Origin: an uncultured bacterium
GTDB taxonomy: Bacteria > Bacillota_I > Bacilli_A > Acholeplasmatales > Anaeroplasmataceae
Reading direction: 5' to 3'
DNA length: 64,000 nucleotides
Assembly (NCBI GenBank): GCA_949291115.1
Contig: CASETY010000002.1
Coordinates: 10,348 to 74,347 of the forward strand
Made by a program: the position numbers and the translations under genes. Below the pieces are notes generated by a model that saw nothing but the letters and a program-made list of their open reading frames with translations, did no database searches and was not told where the DNA came from. Position 1 is the first letter of the stretch. Each line of letters starts with the position of its first letter. Of this stretch, positions 22,570-32,541 are shown piece by piece.

Positions 22570-24636
22570 TTAACCTCTAGCTTTGATAATTTCTTCTTGA
22601 ACACTACGAGGACAAATTTCATAGTGATGCATTTGCATAGTGAAATTACCACGGCCTTGTGAATTTGAACGTAATGATGTAGCGTAACCGAACATTTCAG
22701 CTAATGGTACATAAGCTCTAATTTTAACACCATTACCACGTTTTTCTTGGCTATCTAATCTACCACGACGGCTTGTTAAATCACCAATAACGTTACCAAT
22801 ATATTCTTCTGGAACGATTACGTCTACTTCCATAATAGGTTCAAGAATAACTGGTGCACATTTTTCTTTAGCAGCTTTTAAAGCTAAACCAGCAGCTACT
22901 TTGAAAGCCATTTCTGAAGAGTCAACTTCATGGTAAGAACCATCAAATAAAGTTGCTTTAATATCAATTAATGGATAACCAGCTAAAATACCATTAGGTA
23001 ATGATTCTTGTAAACCTTTATCTACTACTGGGATGTATTCACGAGGAATTACACCACCAACAATCTTATCAACGAATTCATAACCTTTATCTTTATTAGG
23101 TTCGAAATGAATCCAAACGTGACCATATTGACCACGACCACCTGATTGACGGATAAACTTACCTTCAACATCAGCTTCTTTAGTGATTGTTTCACGATAA
23201 GAAACTTGTGGTGCACCAACATTAGCTACTACACCATATTCTCTTTTCATACGATCAACGATAATATCTAAGTGTAATTCACCCATACCAGCGATGATTG
23301 TTTGACCAGTTTCAACATCAGTGTATGTTCTAAATGTTGGATCTTCTTCTGCTAATCTTAATAAAGCGTTAGTCATTTTTTCTTGATCAGCTTTTGTTTT
23401 AGGTTCAACAGCTACGTTAATAACTGGTTCTGGGAATACCATCTTTTCTAAGATAATATCGCCTTTTTCATCAGCTAATGTATCACCAGTTGTAGTGTTT
23501 TTGAAACCTACTGCCGCAGCGATATCACCACAATAAACTTCTTTAATTTCTTCACGGTGATTTGCATGCATTTGCATGATACGGCCTAATCTTTCTTTAA
23601 CACCTTTAGTTGTATTCTTAATATAAGAACCAGATTCACATTTACCTGCATATACACGGAAATATGTTAATCTACCAACGAATGGGTCAGCAACAACTTT
23701 GAATGCTAAAGCAGCAAATGGAGCGTCATCTTTAATTTCTAATTTAACTTGGCTACCATCTGGTTTATGAGCGTAAATATCTTCAACTTCTAGTGGAGAA
23801 GGAAGGTAGTCAATAACGGCATCAAGCATTTTCTTAACACCCATATTCTTGAAGGCAGAACCACAAAGAACTGGGAAGAATTCTACTTTTAAAGTAGCTT
23901 GACGAATTACTGATTTTAATTTTTCAACCGAAATTTCTTCGCCTTCTAAATAAGCCATAGCTAATTCATCATCAAATTGAGATAATGTGTCGATTAATAC
24001 TTCACGTTTTTCTTGACAAATATCTACTAAATCAGCAGGAATTTCAGTTTCTGTATAATTTTCATGTTGTTCACCATCGTAGATATAAGCTTTCATAGTG
24101 ATTAAATCTACTTGGCCTTTGAAGTCGCTTTCAGCACCAATTGGCCATTGAATAGCAGCTGCAGTAGCACCTAAACGATCATGAATTGTGCTAACTGAAT
24201 AAGCAAAGTCAGCACCGATTTTATCCATTTTATTAACGAATACAATTCTTGGAACATTGTATTCAGTAGCTTGACGCCATACAGTTTCAGTTTGTGGTTC
24301 AACACCAGCTTGACCATCTAATACTGTAACAGCACCATCTAATACACGTAATGAACGAGAAACTTCAACTGTAAAGTCTACGTGTCCTGGAGTATCAATA
24401 ATATTTACACGGTAATTATTCCAAATAGCTGTTGTTGCAGCTGAAGTGATAGTAATACCACGTTCTTGTTCTTGAGCCATCCAGTCCATAGTTGAAGCAC
24501 CATCATGAGTTTCCCCAATTTTGTGAATCTTCTTAGTATGGAATAAGATACGTTCAGTTGTAGTTGTTTTACCAGCATCAATGTGAGCCATGATACCGAT
24601 ATTACGAGTTTTTTCTAACGGAAATTGTCTTGCCAT
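22570..24636 (-). CDS. fusA: Elongation factor G
   Basis: 688 aa, with [20 protein letters not shown]...DTPGHVDF...NKMD. Confidence 0.98.
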   Translation of the reverse strand: MARQFPLEKTRNIGIMAHIDAGKTTTTERILFHTKKIHKIGETHDGASTMDWMAQEQERGITITSAATTAIWNNYRVNIIDTPGHVDFTVEVSRSLRVLDGAVTVLDGQAGVEPQTETVWRQATEYNVPRIVFVNKMDKIGADFAYSVSTIHDRLGATAAAIQWPIGAESDFKGQVDLITMKAYIYDGEQHENYTETEIPADLVDICQEKREVLIDTLSQFDDELAMAYLEGEEISVEKLKSVIRQATLKVEFFPVLCGSAFKNMGVKKMLDAVIDYLPSPLEVEDIYAHKPDGSQVKLEIKDDAPFAALAFKVVADPFVGRLTYFRVYAGKCESGSYIKNTTKGVKERLGRIMQMHANHREEIKEVYCGDIAAAVGFKNTTTGDTLADEKGDIILEKMVFPEPVINVAVEPKTKADQEKMTNALLRLAEEDPTFRTYTDVETGQTIIAGMGELHLDIIVDRMKREYGVVANVGAPQVSYRETITKEADVEGKFIRQSGGRGQYGHVWIHFEPNKDKGYEFVDKIVGGVIPREYIPVVDKGLQESLPNGILAGYPLIDIKATLFDGSYHEVDSSEMAFKVAAGLALKAAKEKCAPVILEPIMEVDVIVPEEYIGNVIGDLTSRRGRLDSQEKRGNGVKIRAYVPLAEMFGYATSLRSNSQGRGNFTMQMHHYEICPRSVQEEIIKARG

Positions 24637-24657
24637 ATGTATTCACTCCTCAAGAAA

Positions 24658-25128
24658 TTACCAACGATAATGAGCAAATGCTTTATTTGCTTCAGCCATC
24701 TTATGAGTGTCTTCGCGTTTCTTGCAAGCACCACCAAGACCATTAGATGCATCAATTATCTCTTTTGCTAATTTCTCTTCCATTGTTTTATCATTACGTA
24801 ATCTAGCGTATTTTACTAACCATCTTAGACCTAAAGTTTGTTTACGTTCTGGACGAACTTCAACTGGAACTTGATAGTTTTGTCCACCAATACGACGACT
24901 CTTTACTTCTAATACTGGCATAATGTTTTCTAAAGCTTTATTAAATACTTCTAAAGCATCTTGACCTGTTTGTTCTTTAACACGGTCTAAAGCGTTATAT
25001 AAAATTGTTTGTGCACAACCTTTTTTACCATCTAACATAATTGCATTGATAGTTCTAGTAACTAACTTAGAATTATATATTGGATCAGGAAGTACATCTC
25101 TTTTAGCAATATGACCCTTACGAGGCAT
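24658..25128 (-). CDS. rpsG: 30S ribosomal protein S7
   Basis: 156 aa, with [24 protein letters not shown]... Confidence 0.97.
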   Translation of the reverse strand: MPRKGHIAKRDVLPDPIYNSKLVTRTINAIMLDGKKGCAQTILYNALDRVKEQTGQDALEVFNKALENIMPVLEVKSRRIGGQNYQVPVEVRPERKQTLGLRWLVKYARLRNDKTMEEKLAKEIIDASNGLGGACKKREDTHKMAEANKAFAHYRW

Positions 25129-25158
25129 GAGCTTTTCCTCCTTTATTAATTATATTTA

Positions 25159-25575
25159 TTATTTTTGTTTTGGTCTCTTAGCACCGTATTTAGAACGACC
25201 TTGCATACGGTTAGCTACACCTGTAGTATCAAGAGCACCACGAATTATATGATAACGAACACCTGGTAAATCCTTAACACGACCGCCACGGATTAATACA
25301 GTACTGTGTTCTTGTAAACTGTGACCAATACCTGGAATATAAGCAGTTACTTCCATACCATTTGTTAAACGAACACGGGCATACTTACGTAATGCTGAGT
25401 TAGGTTTTTTAGGTGTCATAGTTGTAACACGAGTACAAACACCACGTTTTTGAGGTGAAGGTAAATTTGTATATTTCTTTTCTAAGGAATTAAAACTTAC
25501 ACCTAAAGATGGTGATTTAGATTTAGTTACCTTATCTTTTCTTCCCTTGCGTACTAATTGTTCAATAGTTGGCAT
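25159..25575 (-). CDS. rpsL: 30S ribosomal protein S12
   Basis: [15 protein letters not shown]...[10 protein letters not shown]... The start at 25575 is preceded by AAAGGAGAAAGAA. The ORF-track start at 25629 is an upstream extension. Confidence 0.95.
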   Translation of the reverse strand: MPTIEQLVRKGRKDKVTKSKSPSLGVSFNSLEKKYTNLPSPQKRGVCTRVTTMTPKKPNSALRKYARVRLTNGMEVTAYIPGIGHSLQEHSTVLIRGGRVKDLPGVRYHIIRGALDTTGVANRMQGRSKYGAKRPKQK

Positions 25576-25633
25576 ATTCTTTCTCCTTTCTAAAAAGCAA
25601 TATGTAACAATTACTTTTTTTGCAATCAAGCGT

Positions 25634-25661
25634 ATTATACTATTTAAAACTATTAAGTCAA
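25634..25661 (-). promoter_or_regulatory. Candidate sigma-A promoter for the rpsL-rpsG-fusA(-tuf) operon
   Basis: Minus strand reads TTGACT (25661..25656), a 16 nt spacer, then TATAAT (25639..25634). Confidence 0.45.
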
Positions 25662-25789
25662 CAAAAAAATAACTACTTTTTTTACTTTTTTTATCTTTTT
25701 AAGAAACGCCGTGTATGTGTAAATAAAAAACGTGATTATTTCATAGTTTATCTAAAATACATTATTAGCGCTTTTATAAATAAAATAGG

Positions 25790-25818
25790 TTGAAAATTAA
25801 TCTTTAATATACTATAAT
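25790..25818 (+). promoter_or_regulatory. Candidate sigma-A promoter for tRNA-Arg
   Basis: TTGAAA (25790..25795), a 17 nt spacer, then TATAAT (25813..25818), 15 nt before the tRNA 5' end. Confidence 0.5.
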
Positions 25819-25833
25819 CAAAAAGTAAAAAAT

Positions 25834-25909
25834 GCTCGGGTAGCACAAAGGATAATGCATTCGCCTCCTAAGCGAAAGATTATGGGTTCGAGTCCCATCC
25901 CAAGCGCCA
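25834..25909 (+). tRNA. tRNA-Arg (anticodon CCU), CCA encoded
   Basis: Hand-folded cloverleaf. Acceptor is GCTCGGG/CCCAAGC, and the D arm is GCAC..ATGC with a GG loop. The anticodon stem is TTCGC/GCGAA with loop CTCCTAA. The T arm is ATGGG-TTCGAGT-CCCAT, the discriminator is G, and CCA follows. There is one C4:A69 mismatch. Confidence 0.8.
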
Positions 25910-25921
25910 CTTAAGATGATA

Positions 25922-25947
25922 AAACCAGCCTTAAAAAGCTGGTTTTT
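25922..25947. terminator. Bidirectional hairpin terminator between tRNA-Arg and doc
   Basis: AAACCAGC-cttaaaa-GCTGGTTT is flanked by A-runs upstream and T-runs downstream, so it is usable from both strands. Confidence 0.6.
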
Positions 25948-25958
25948 ACTATTTAATA

Positions 25959-26348
25959 TTAAAATTCAATATATTTAATATTTTTTAATATTTCATTTTT
26001 AAAATTATCATACGATATTTTACTTGCTGCTAGGTTTAAAAATAGTTTTATGATTGAATTGTTGTCTAAAGATAGTTTAAAATTTAATTGCCTTAAAAGA
26101 TAAACTAGAACGAAAAAACCAATTCTTTTATTACCATCTATAAATGGGTGATTCATAACTAATAAATATGACATTCTAATTACTTTTTCTAAATCTGTAG
26201 GATATAGGTCTTTTCCATCAAATGTTGCAAATGTGGTCATAACAGCCGAATCCAATAGTTTAGGATCTCTTAAACCATGCTGACCGCCAAATCTATTGAT
26301 TGATAGTTCATGCAATTCTAAAACTAAATCTACATTAATATATATCAT
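25959..26348 (-). CDS. doc: Doc (death-on-curing) Fic-fold toxin
   Basis: 129 aa. It has the Doc motif HPFIDGNKRIG and a 4-nt ATGA overlap with the upstream antitoxin ORF. Confidence 0.85.
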   Translation of the reverse strand: MIYINVDLVLELHELSINRFGGQHGLRDPKLLDSAVMTTFATFDGKDLYPTDLEKVIRMSYLLVMNHPFIDGNKRIGFFVLVYLLRQLNFKLSLDNNSIIKLFLNLAASKISYDNFKNEILKNIKYIEF

Positions 26349-26602
26349 TTAGCTAATTCCTCAAATACATCAGCGTATTCATTCATTATATCATTAGCAG
26401 TTTTAATAGTATTTTCCTTATTATATAAATTAACCATTTTTTTAAATACATCGTAATTGATTAAAACCATATCGGGTTTATTATTTTTCATAATAATAAC
26501 AGGTTCATTAGATTCTTTGGTGCTTTTAGCAATTTTAGAAAAATTACGATTAATTTCTGTAATAGATACTAATTTATTATCATTTATTAACATAAAAATC
26601 AC
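26345..26602 (-). CDS. phd: Phd/YefM-type antitoxin
   Basis: 85 aa. The N-terminal region is ...VSITEINRNFSKIAKSTKESNEPVIIMKNNKPDMVLINYDVF. It sits immediately upstream of, and overlaps, doc. Confidence 0.7.
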   Translation of the reverse strand: MIFMLINDNKLVSITEINRNFSKIAKSTKESNEPVIIMKNNKPDMVLINYDVFKKMVNLYNKENTIKTANDIMNEYADVFEELAK

Positions 26603-26993
26603 TACCTTTCTACCTATTATTATACCTATTATAGAACAAAAAGTAAATAATACTTCTATTTTTTTGACAGTTTAAAATATATAAATTTAATAGAGCCAAG
26701 ATTTAATAAAGCAAGGCTTAACTCATTAATAATTAAAAGAATCCTTTTTATCACATATTTTATTAGCAATACTACCTGTTAATGCACCTAAAAAACTGCG
26801 CCACTAATGTAAGTAATAACAATAGCTTCATGTTTTTGCCTTCACATAATGTTTATAGATTAACAATTTCCAAATTGAAAAGTTGTGATCTGAAAACATT
26901 AACAGCTTACTACTTTAATCAGCGAATTTACTTTTATAATTGGTGTATTAACTTGAAAGTAATTTACTTTAAAGTAAATAGCGAGGTGTTAAA

Positions 26994-27224
26994 ATGCTTA
27001 TTGGTAGAAAAAAAGAATTATCTTTCTTAAATGAACTATATAATAGTGATAAATTTGAATTTTTAATATTACATGGTAAAAGACGTATTGGTAAATCTTA
27101 TTTATTAACTAATTTTATTAAAAATAAAAAGAATTCTATATAATATGTGGCTGACAAAAGTAATGAGGAAAATAATGTTATATGTGTCGATTTAGATAAA
27201 CTATATAAAAAATCCAGTTTATAA
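26994..27224 (+). pseudogene. Remnant of an AAA ATPase (archaeal-ATPase/DUF234-type ATP-binding protein) with a nonsense codon and a large internal deletion
   Basis: MLIGRKKELSFLNELYNSDKFEFLILHGKRRIGKSYLLTNFIKNKKNSI-TAA(27141)-YVADKSNEENNVICVDLDKLYKKSSL-stop. The N-terminus with Walker A (GKRRIGKS) matches the ~450-aa family. Only about 75 codons remain. Confidence 0.6.
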
Positions 27225-27372
27225 AGCTAGATTCTTTAAAATACATTAAATATTCAAAAATAAACATCTAAATCGTTATTTATTTGGCCTAATTATAAGC
27301 ATTTCATTGTAGATATTGTTTTTTTTAATTTGTTATGATACAACCTGAGTTTGCTAGTTTTTATAAAAAGAA

Positions 27373-27408
27373 AGCCTGTAATTTTTGTTGTAACTACAGG
27401 CTTTTTTT
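27373..27408 (+). terminator. Intrinsic terminator downstream of the ATPase remnant
   Basis: AGCCTGTA-14 nt loop-TACAGGCT followed by TTTTTTT. Confidence 0.5.
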
Positions 27409-27518
27409 ACTATTTCTATCTTTTTCTCTTTGTTTTTTTATGTACCTACAATCATAATTTAATATTGGTCTTAATTCTTTTTTAACCAGTTGGTTTATGC
27501 ATTTATATCTTTACACTG

Positions 27519-27541
27519 AAAATAATTGCCGTAAACGGCAA
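27519..27541 (-). terminator. Intrinsic terminator after lrgB
   Basis: Minus strand has UUGCCG-uuua-CGGCAA followed by UUAUUUU. Confidence 0.5.
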
Positions 27542-27596
27542 AAATATTCAATAACTAAACAAAAATTAATTCTTACAACTTTTATACCTTATACCA

Positions 27597-28289
27597 TTAT
27601 AGTAACATAGCATAGAAACTAGCTAAAACTACCGTTAGGATACCACTTATAGCTATTGATAAGCTACTCATAGCTCCTTCTATATCGCCTAGTTCCATAG
27701 CTTTAGCGGTCCCAATCGCGTGCGCACTAGTACCTAAAGCTAAGCCTTTCGCTATATTGCTTTTAATATGAAATATTTTAAATATCGTAGTCGCAATCAT
27801 ATTGCCTAAAATACCAGTAATGATTATTACTGCGACAGTTATAGTTTGATATCCACCCATTTGTTCACTAACTTGCATTCCAATAGCTGTCGTGATTGAT
27901 TTTGGTAATAATGTAACATATTGTTCATGAGTCAACCCAAATGCCAAAGATAATAAATATACACTAGTTAAACTGGTTAATACTCCTGCAATTATACTAA
28001 CCATAATTGCCACAAAATTCTTTTTTAATAAATTAATTTGCTCATATAAAGGAATAGCCAAAGCTACCGTTGAGGGTGTTAATAAATAAGATAAATATTT
28101 AGCACTACCTTCATAGGTTGAATAATCAATTTTCCCTACTAATAAAACAATTATGACTAGAATAATAGCTATTAATAAAGGATTAAAAATAGCCAATTTA
28201 AGCTTCTTTTTAATAAATAATGCTAGTACATACGCTAACACACTAATGAACATTCCAAAAAATAACGAATCTTTTAAAAAATCACTCAT
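27597..28289 (-). CDS. lrgB: LrgB/CidB family membrane protein
   Basis: 230 aa and polytopic. It has LLPKSITTAIGM and GTSAHAIGTAKA motifs and overlaps lrgA by 8 nt. Confidence 0.85.
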   Translation of the reverse strand: MSDFLKDSLFFGMFISVLAYVLALFIKKKLKLAIFNPLLIAIILVIIVLLVGKIDYSTYEGSAKYLSYLLTPSTVALAIPLYEQINLLKKNFVAIMVSIIAGVLTSLTSVYLLSLAFGLTHEQYVTLLPKSITTAIGMQVSEQMGGYQTITVAVIIITGILGNMIATTIFKIFHIKSNIAKGLALGTSAHAIGTAKAMELGDIEGAMSSLSIAISGILTVVLASFYAMLL

Positions 28290-28641
28290 TTATCTCACCA
28301 CTCTTCTTAGTTAGAAGTTGACAAACAACACCGGTAACAACCATAACTAGTATAGTAGTAACTATCACAATAACTGTTACTTCTAAAATTATTGGTTTTA
28401 AATCTAAATAGCTCGTAATTAAACCAACTCCAGCCGGAATAAACATCAGTGGCATTATTTCAATAATAAACTTAGCTGTCGTTTTAATATTATCAAGCTT
28501 AATAATTTTTGTGCATAAACAAAAAAGCATTATAGCTAAACCATAAACACTGCCTGGAATAGGTAAAGGAATAAAGTAATTTAATGCTTCTCCAATAAAT
28601 GATATTAAAATAATAATGAAAAATTCACCTATATATTTCAT
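28282..28641 (-). CDS. lrgA: LrgA/CidA holin-like protein
   Basis: 119 aa with four TM segments. It is paired with, and overlaps, lrgB. Confidence 0.8.
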   Translation of the reverse strand: MKYIGEFFIIILISFIGEALNYFIPLPIPGSVYGLAIMLFCLCTKIIKLDNIKTTAKFIIEIMPLMFIPAGVGLITSYLDLKPIILEVTVIVIVTTILVMVVTGVVCQLLTKKSGEINE

Positions 28642-29084
28642 GTTAAAACTTCCCTTAATGCTTAAAATTATATGCCTTTCTTATTATGAAAACAATTATT
28701 AAGCGTTTTCAAAAGATTCTATTATTTAAATTAAAAACCCCCTATTAAAAAATAGAAGGTTTTCTTAAGACTTAGTTTAACGTCATTTCTTTATATTATT
28801 CATTAGTTTTCAAATAAACAGCATAAAGAATTAAATTAATAATTAATACTAGTGAAGATACTACCACTATGATACTAGATATATATTTATAAGCTTCATT
28901 AAAATAATATATATTATAAATAAAGTTCTTAGTAAATATTTAGGGTTTGGTGCCTTAACAACTATTTTTTCTTCATTTGTTGGCATACTTTAAACTATCA
29001 TCTATATTCTACTCTAAAGAGACTTATTTAAAACATTTTATTTGACGAATTTCATCTCTTAAAAAGAGATTTTTCAATATTTAA

Positions 29085-29109
29085 GAAAAAAAACTGGCCT
29101 TAAAGCCAG
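29085..29109 (-). terminator. Intrinsic terminator after the ABC-F gene
   Basis: Minus strand has CUGGCUUUAAGGCCAG followed by UUUUUUUUU. Confidence 0.6.
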
Positions 29110-29121
29110 TCAACATTATAG

Positions 29122-30693
29122 TTATTCTTCTATAAATTCTTCATATGTTGTATATTTGTCAATTATCTTACCATCTTTAGTAAAAGCTATAATTCTATTA
29201 GCCACTGTTTGTAAAAGTTCCGCATCGTGACTAGAAAATAAGATATTCCCTTTGTATTGAATTAAACCATTATTTAAAGCTGTAATTGATTCTAAGTCTA
29301 AATGGTTAGTTGGATCTTCTAACAATAAAACATTAGGCCCTTCTAACATTAACTTGGCTAAATTACACCTAATCTTTTCCCCACCAGATAAAACGTTAGC
29401 TTTTTTTAGACTTTCTTCACCACTAAACAACATTCGACCAAGCCAACCTCTTATAAAAGTTTCAGCTTGTTCTTCTTTAGAATATTGTCTTAACCAATCA
29501 ATTAAATTTAAATCATTATTAAATAATTCTTTATTATCTTGTAAAAGACCACCAACTTGGGTTGTGATTCCCCATTTAAAAGAACCTGTATAATCTTTAT
29601 CTTTTCCTAATAAAATATTAAATAATGCTTCAATTATTTGTGAATTTTCGGCTAATAAGGCTATTTTATCATTTTTATTAACTGAGAAAGTTAAGTTTTC
29701 AAACAAGCCTTTTTTAGATAGTTTTTCAATAAATAAAATATCATTGCCAACTTCTCTATTTGGTTTAAAACCAACAAATGGATAACGTCTACTAGATGGT
29801 TCTAAATTATTAAGTTCAATCTTATCTAACAATTTTTTACGTGAAGTAGCTTGACGTGATTTAGATTTATTAGCACTAAAACGTTCAATAAAAGCTTTTA
29901 ATTCTTTAATTTTTTGCTCAGCTTTTTTGTTTTGATCTTTCATCTGACTAAGCAATAACTGACTAGACTCATACCAAAACTCATAATTACCAACATATAA
30001 TTTTATTTTACCATAATCAACATCACAAATATGAGTACAAACATTATTTAAAAAATGACGGTCATGGGAAACAACTAATACTGTATTAGGAAAATTAAGC
30101 AAAAAATTTTCAAGCCATCTTACAGCTTTATAATCTAAGTTATTTGTTGGTTCATCTAATAATAAAACATCAGGATTGCCAAACAAAGCTTGGGCTAATA
30201 AAACTTTAACCTTTAGTTTACTATCTAAAGAAGCCATCTTCTCATAAAATACTTCGCTTGGTACACCTAGACCAGCTAATAAGGTTTCCGCATTAGCTTC
30301 TGCTTCCCAACCACCTAGATTGGCAAACTCTCCTTCTAATTCAGCCAGAGCTAAACCATCTTCATCAGTAAAATCTTCTTTTGTATAGTATTTTTCTTTT
30401 TCTTCTTTTATACGCATTAACTCTTGATGGCCCATTAAAACAGTATCAATAACCGTATAATCATTATATTTGTTTTGATCTTGTGCTAAAATTGACATTC
30501 TTTCTTTAGGATCTAAATAAACTTCCCCATTAGTTGGTTCTATTTCATGAGCTAATAACTTTAAAAAAGTTGATTTACCCGCTCCATTGGCGCCAATTAT
30601 GCCATAACAATTGCCATTCGTAAACGTTAAATTAACATCTTTAAATAAAGTTCTACTACCATATTGTAACCCTAGATTTACTACTTTTAACAT
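29122..30693 (-). CDS. ABC-F family ATPase (two NBDs, no TMD)
   Basis: 523 aa. Walker A is GANGAGKST, and there are two signature and Walker B sets (LLLDEPTNNLD and LSGGEKIR...LLLEDPTNHLD) with an inter-domain linker. Confidence 0.88.
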   Translation of the reverse strand: MLKVVNLGLQYGSRTLFKDVNLTFTNGNCYGIIGANGAGKSTFLKLLAHEIEPTNGEVYLDPKERMSILAQDQNKYNDYTVIDTVLMGHQELMRIKEEKEKYYTKEDFTDEDGLALAELEGEFANLGGWEAEANAETLLAGLGVPSEVFYEKMASLDSKLKVKVLLAQALFGNPDVLLLDEPTNNLDYKAVRWLENFLLNFPNTVLVVSHDRHFLNNVCTHICDVDYGKIKLYVGNYEFWYESSQLLLSQMKDQNKKAEQKIKELKAFIERFSANKSKSRQATSRKKLLDKIELNNLEPSSRRYPFVGFKPNREVGNDILFIEKLSKKGLFENLTFSVNKNDKIALLAENSQIIEALFNILLGKDKDYTGSFKWGITTQVGGLLQDNKELFNNDLNLIDWLRQYSKEEQAETFIRGWLGRMLFSGEESLKKANVLSGGEKIRCNLAKLMLEGPNVLLLEDPTNHLDLESITALNNGLIQYKGNILFSSHDAELLQTVANRIIAFTKDGKIIDKYTTYEEFIEE

Positions 30694-30785
30694 ACTATCA
30701 CCATTTCTAATAATTTCTTTAAAAATATACCATATAAGGCACTTTTTGACAACTACAAAATAAAAAGTAGCCCTTAAACAAGCTA

Positions 30786-31106
30786 CTAGTTATTAATTAA
30801 TTTTATATCGCTAAATTCTATATGGTTATCAAGTAAATAAGCTTTCATGCTCGCCAACAAAGCCTTAAAAAAAGACTCTTTATCCATAAATTTAAAAGAA
30901 ATATTTTCCTCTATTATCTTACTTTCATAAAAATGAAAATTACCATCATAAGTAAAGCAAAAATGCTTCATATTTGTTTCTTTGTTGTTACTAGCATATT
31001 TTCTAAACAAAAGCTTATCAGCTTGTAAACGTCCTACATTCTTTTTTCTTTCAATTTGAAGATTAAATTCACCTTTAATACTTCCATTTTCCATAAATAA
31101 TAGCAT
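30786..31106 (-). CDS. Hypothetical protein, 4 nt downstream of the antiporter gene
   Basis: 106-aa ORF that is soluble-looking. I recognise no motif. Confidence 0.4.
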   Translation of the reverse strand: MLLFMENGSIKGEFNLQIERKKNVGRLQADKLLFRKYASNNKETNMKHFCFTYDGNFHFYESKIIEENISFKFMDKESFFKALLASMKAYLLDNHIEFSDIKLINN

Positions 31107-31110
31107 AAAA

Positions 31111-32421
31111 TCATCTCCTATGTTTAACTTTTACAACATGTAAATCATTTGTGACTACCATCTTTGGTTCTTCTTCTCTAACTACATATTCACTTACTAC
31201 ATTATTATTTATTTGTTCTAAATTTATAGCTTTACTCTTAACTAAAGCAAATTTAGCTAAAGCAGGGCCCATTAATTCATATAATACAGATGAACATAAA
31301 ATAACTGTTAAGAAAGTATTGCCAATTTCAACAGGTAACATTCTTTGCCCTAAAAATGCAAGACCTATGGCTACTCCTGCTTGAGGTGCTAAAGCTAAAC
31401 CTAAATAATTTTTAATTTCTTTACTACTATGAGTCATTTTAGCACTAATGTAAGTACCAAAATATTTGCCAATTAACCGAACAACAAAATATAACACACC
31501 AACTAACCCAATCGTTTTAAACGCAACTAAATCCATATTCATACCGCTCATAACAAAGAAAGGCAACATTATTGGTGCACTAAAACGTTCTAAATCTTTA
31601 AACACTTCTTCATTTTTTGTCTTATTGATGTAAGTGGCCCCAAAAATCATACAAGAAAGTAATGGTGAAACATCTAACATGCTTCCACAACCAGCAACTA
31701 CACATATAAGACCAACTACAATTATTAATCTTGAATTACGACTTCTATTTTTCATTAACATAGGCAATATTAAACCTAATAAAAGACCAACAATAATAAA
31801 CAAAACATTATATGAAATAGGTAAGACAATCTGAATAGCATCAATTTTAACACTAGCACTACCACTTACAATAGCGGCTACAATACTATAAGCCAATAGA
31901 CAAACTACATCATCTAAAGCTACAACTTGTAACAAAGTATTTACAAATTCACCTTTAGCTTTATATTGATTAATAGTCATCATAGTTGAGGCAGGAGCTG
32001 TGGCAGTCGCAATCGCACCTAACAATAAAGCAAAATTGAAACCCATCTTAGGGAATAATAAATAAATAGCCAAAGTTACTAAAACACCAGCCAACAAAGC
32101 TTCAAAACAAGTAATAATGATAACTTTAACACCAGTATTTTTTAAGACTTCTTTTTTAAAGAACCTACCAACCCCAAAAGCAATAAAACCTAAAGCTAAA
32201 TCACTTAAAAAACTCATATTATCAATTATCATTGGCGGTATTAAATCTAAAACACAAGGTCCGATCAAAACACCAGCTAAAATATAAGCTGTAACATTAG
32301 GTAGTTTTAACATCTTAGTTATTTTTGATAGCAAGAACCCACTTAAAAAGACAATAGCTAAAGCTATTAAAATAGTTGAACCACCCTTGCCATCATAAAA
32401 TCTAAATAAATCCAAGTCCAT
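31111..32421 (-). CDS. Cation:proton antiporter (Na+/H+ exchanger family, CPA-type)
   Basis: 436 aa with about 12 TM segments. The N-terminus is ...KLPNVTAYILAGVLIGPCVLDLIP, typical of PF00999-type exchangers. Confidence 0.8.
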   Translation of the reverse strand: MDLDLFRFYDGKGGSTILIALAIVFLSGFLLSKITKMLKLPNVTAYILAGVLIGPCVLDLIPPMIIDNMSFLSDLALGFIAFGVGRFFKKEVLKNTGVKVIIITCFEALLAGVLVTLAIYLLFPKMGFNFALLLGAIATATAPASTMMTINQYKAKGEFVNTLLQVVALDDVVCLLAYSIVAAIVSGSASVKIDAIQIVLPISYNVLFIIVGLLLGLILPMLMKNRSRNSRLIIVVGLICVVAGCGSMLDVSPLLSCMIFGATYINKTKNEEVFKDLERFSAPIMLPFFVMSGMNMDLVAFKTIGLVGVLYFVVRLIGKYFGTYISAKMTHSSKEIKNYLGLALAPQAGVAIGLAFLGQRMLPVEIGNTFLTVILCSSVLYELMGPALAKFALVKSKAINLEQINNNVVSEYVVREEEPKMVVTNDLHVVKVKHRR

Positions 32422-32541
32422 AATGTAGCCTCTTTTCTTTACAATTTATCTTTTAAGTGCTATCATTATAACAACAAATTCAATAAATAAAATTAATTGT
32501 ATTTTATTAAATTATAAGAAAAACTTATATGAGGTGAAATT

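Noticed and set aside
26782-27030. 82-aa plus-strand ORF upstream of the ATPase remnant.
   Set aside because: It has no SD and an odd composition. It overlaps the better-supported ATPase N-terminus in another frame and runs through promoter/operator-like sequence.
25943-27415. 12-nt direct repeat TTTTTACTATTT at 25943..25954 and 27404..27415, bracketing the phd-doc/ATPase islet. These could be attL/attR sites.
   Set aside because: Both copies are the T-tracts and tails of terminator hairpins in roughly 70 percent AT DNA. A 12-mer of this composition is likely to recur by chance, neither copy overlaps the tRNA 3' end, and no integrase is present.
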